The notes below the pieces were generated by a model, which was not told the DNA's origin, did no database searches, and worked only from the letters and a program-made list of their open reading frames with translations. From assembly GCA_048213135.1 (NCBI GenBank), contig PS015081.1, forward strand, positions 229,546-249,545: a DNA stretch of 20,000 bases, in the 5' to 3' direction. Below are positions 19,329-20,000 of this stretch, piece by piece. Source of the stretch: Reclinomonas americana ATCC 50394. Its lineage: Eukaryota. Numbering within the stretch: the stretch's first letter is position 1; the number at the start of each line of letters is the position of its first letter. A program made the position numbers and the translations under genes.

Positions 19329-20000
19329 TTACTGTGTTGCTGTTGCCGCGAGGTAGCCTGCCAGCGAACCAGCGGCCGTCAAGCAAGCCATAGTGACCTT
19401 GCCCACAGGTGCTTTTGTCGGCCAGTACTCGGCGGCTGTTGGTCGAGTGCGGCAGAAGTGGTACGGGCTGTAGTACAGAAGCAGACGCAGGTAGTTGAAA
19501 TTGGCCCCTTGAGGTACTTCCACGTACGAGTGGAAAGCCGCTCTGTTCGCATGTGTGAGTCAACAAGTGTGTGCCTGCCGGCAAGGGGAAAGGAAACCTC
19601 GACGCAACGAAGTGTGCATGAGCTGTTGTGCAAAGTTGATGTCCAGCAGGCCAGCGCCCAGGTCGACGTACACAATAAAGACGCCACCCATGTCGACCAG
19701 CTCGTCATTGTCGATTTCGTCGGTATTCGTCATCTCGCCATCCTTCTTTGGCTGCACACGCACACAAGTCAGTCATCACACAGAGCTTCGCACAGAATGC
19801 CTATTGTTGACACTCACACGCACCTCTGCCTCGGCGGCCACATTCTGCAGTCCCTTCTTCACTGCCTCTTGCTCGGCCTTGCCACCCGGAATGCCCTTCT
19901 CTGCAACGATGGGGAAAAGCAATCACGTGAGCACCACCTATGCCGGTACAAGGTGAGAGAGAATGCAGGCTGACGCACTCTTGCCAGAAGCCTTTTGCTG
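19329..20000 (-). CDS. Hypothetical protein, 3' part, multi-exon
   Basis: Exons join as QQKASGK|KKGIPGGKAEQEAVKKGLQNVAAEAE|PKKDGEMTNTDEIDNDELVDMGGVFIVYVDLGAGLLDINFAQQLMHTS|AAFHSYVEVPQGANFNYLRLLLYYSPYHFCR. The exact stop is uncertain. Confidence 0.6.

Overview
Eukaryotic, GC-rich, gene-dense protist-type DNA with many short (about 45-170 nt) GT-AG introns, (CA/GT)n and (GA/CT)n microsatellites and five N-gaps. The supplied ORF track cuts across introns, so I rebuilt gene models by hand from splice sites and reading phase. Left to right: the 5' end of a hypothetical gene (-); a 12-exon low-complexity orphan of about 712 aa (+); the 3' end of a J-domain (DnaJ) protein (-); the 3' end of a hypothetical gene (+); a long multi-exon hypothetical gene (-); three paralogous WD40 genes with highly similar 42-aa repeats (+), copy 1 with an in-frame TAA and copy 3 truncated by a gap, with a possibly Orai-like 4-TM gene (-) between copies 1 and 2; a UIM-containing TDP1-like gene (-); an NDK-like gene and an arrestin-fold gene that may be one fusion gene across a gap (+); and the 3' part of a hypothetical gene (-). 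The most notable signals are the WD40 cluster (hypervariable surface positions and mosaic sequence exchange, reminiscent of fungal HET-E-type receptors but with no NACHT domain) and the possible pseudo-NDK/arrestin fusion. No rRNA, tRNA, CRISPR array or transposon was recognised.
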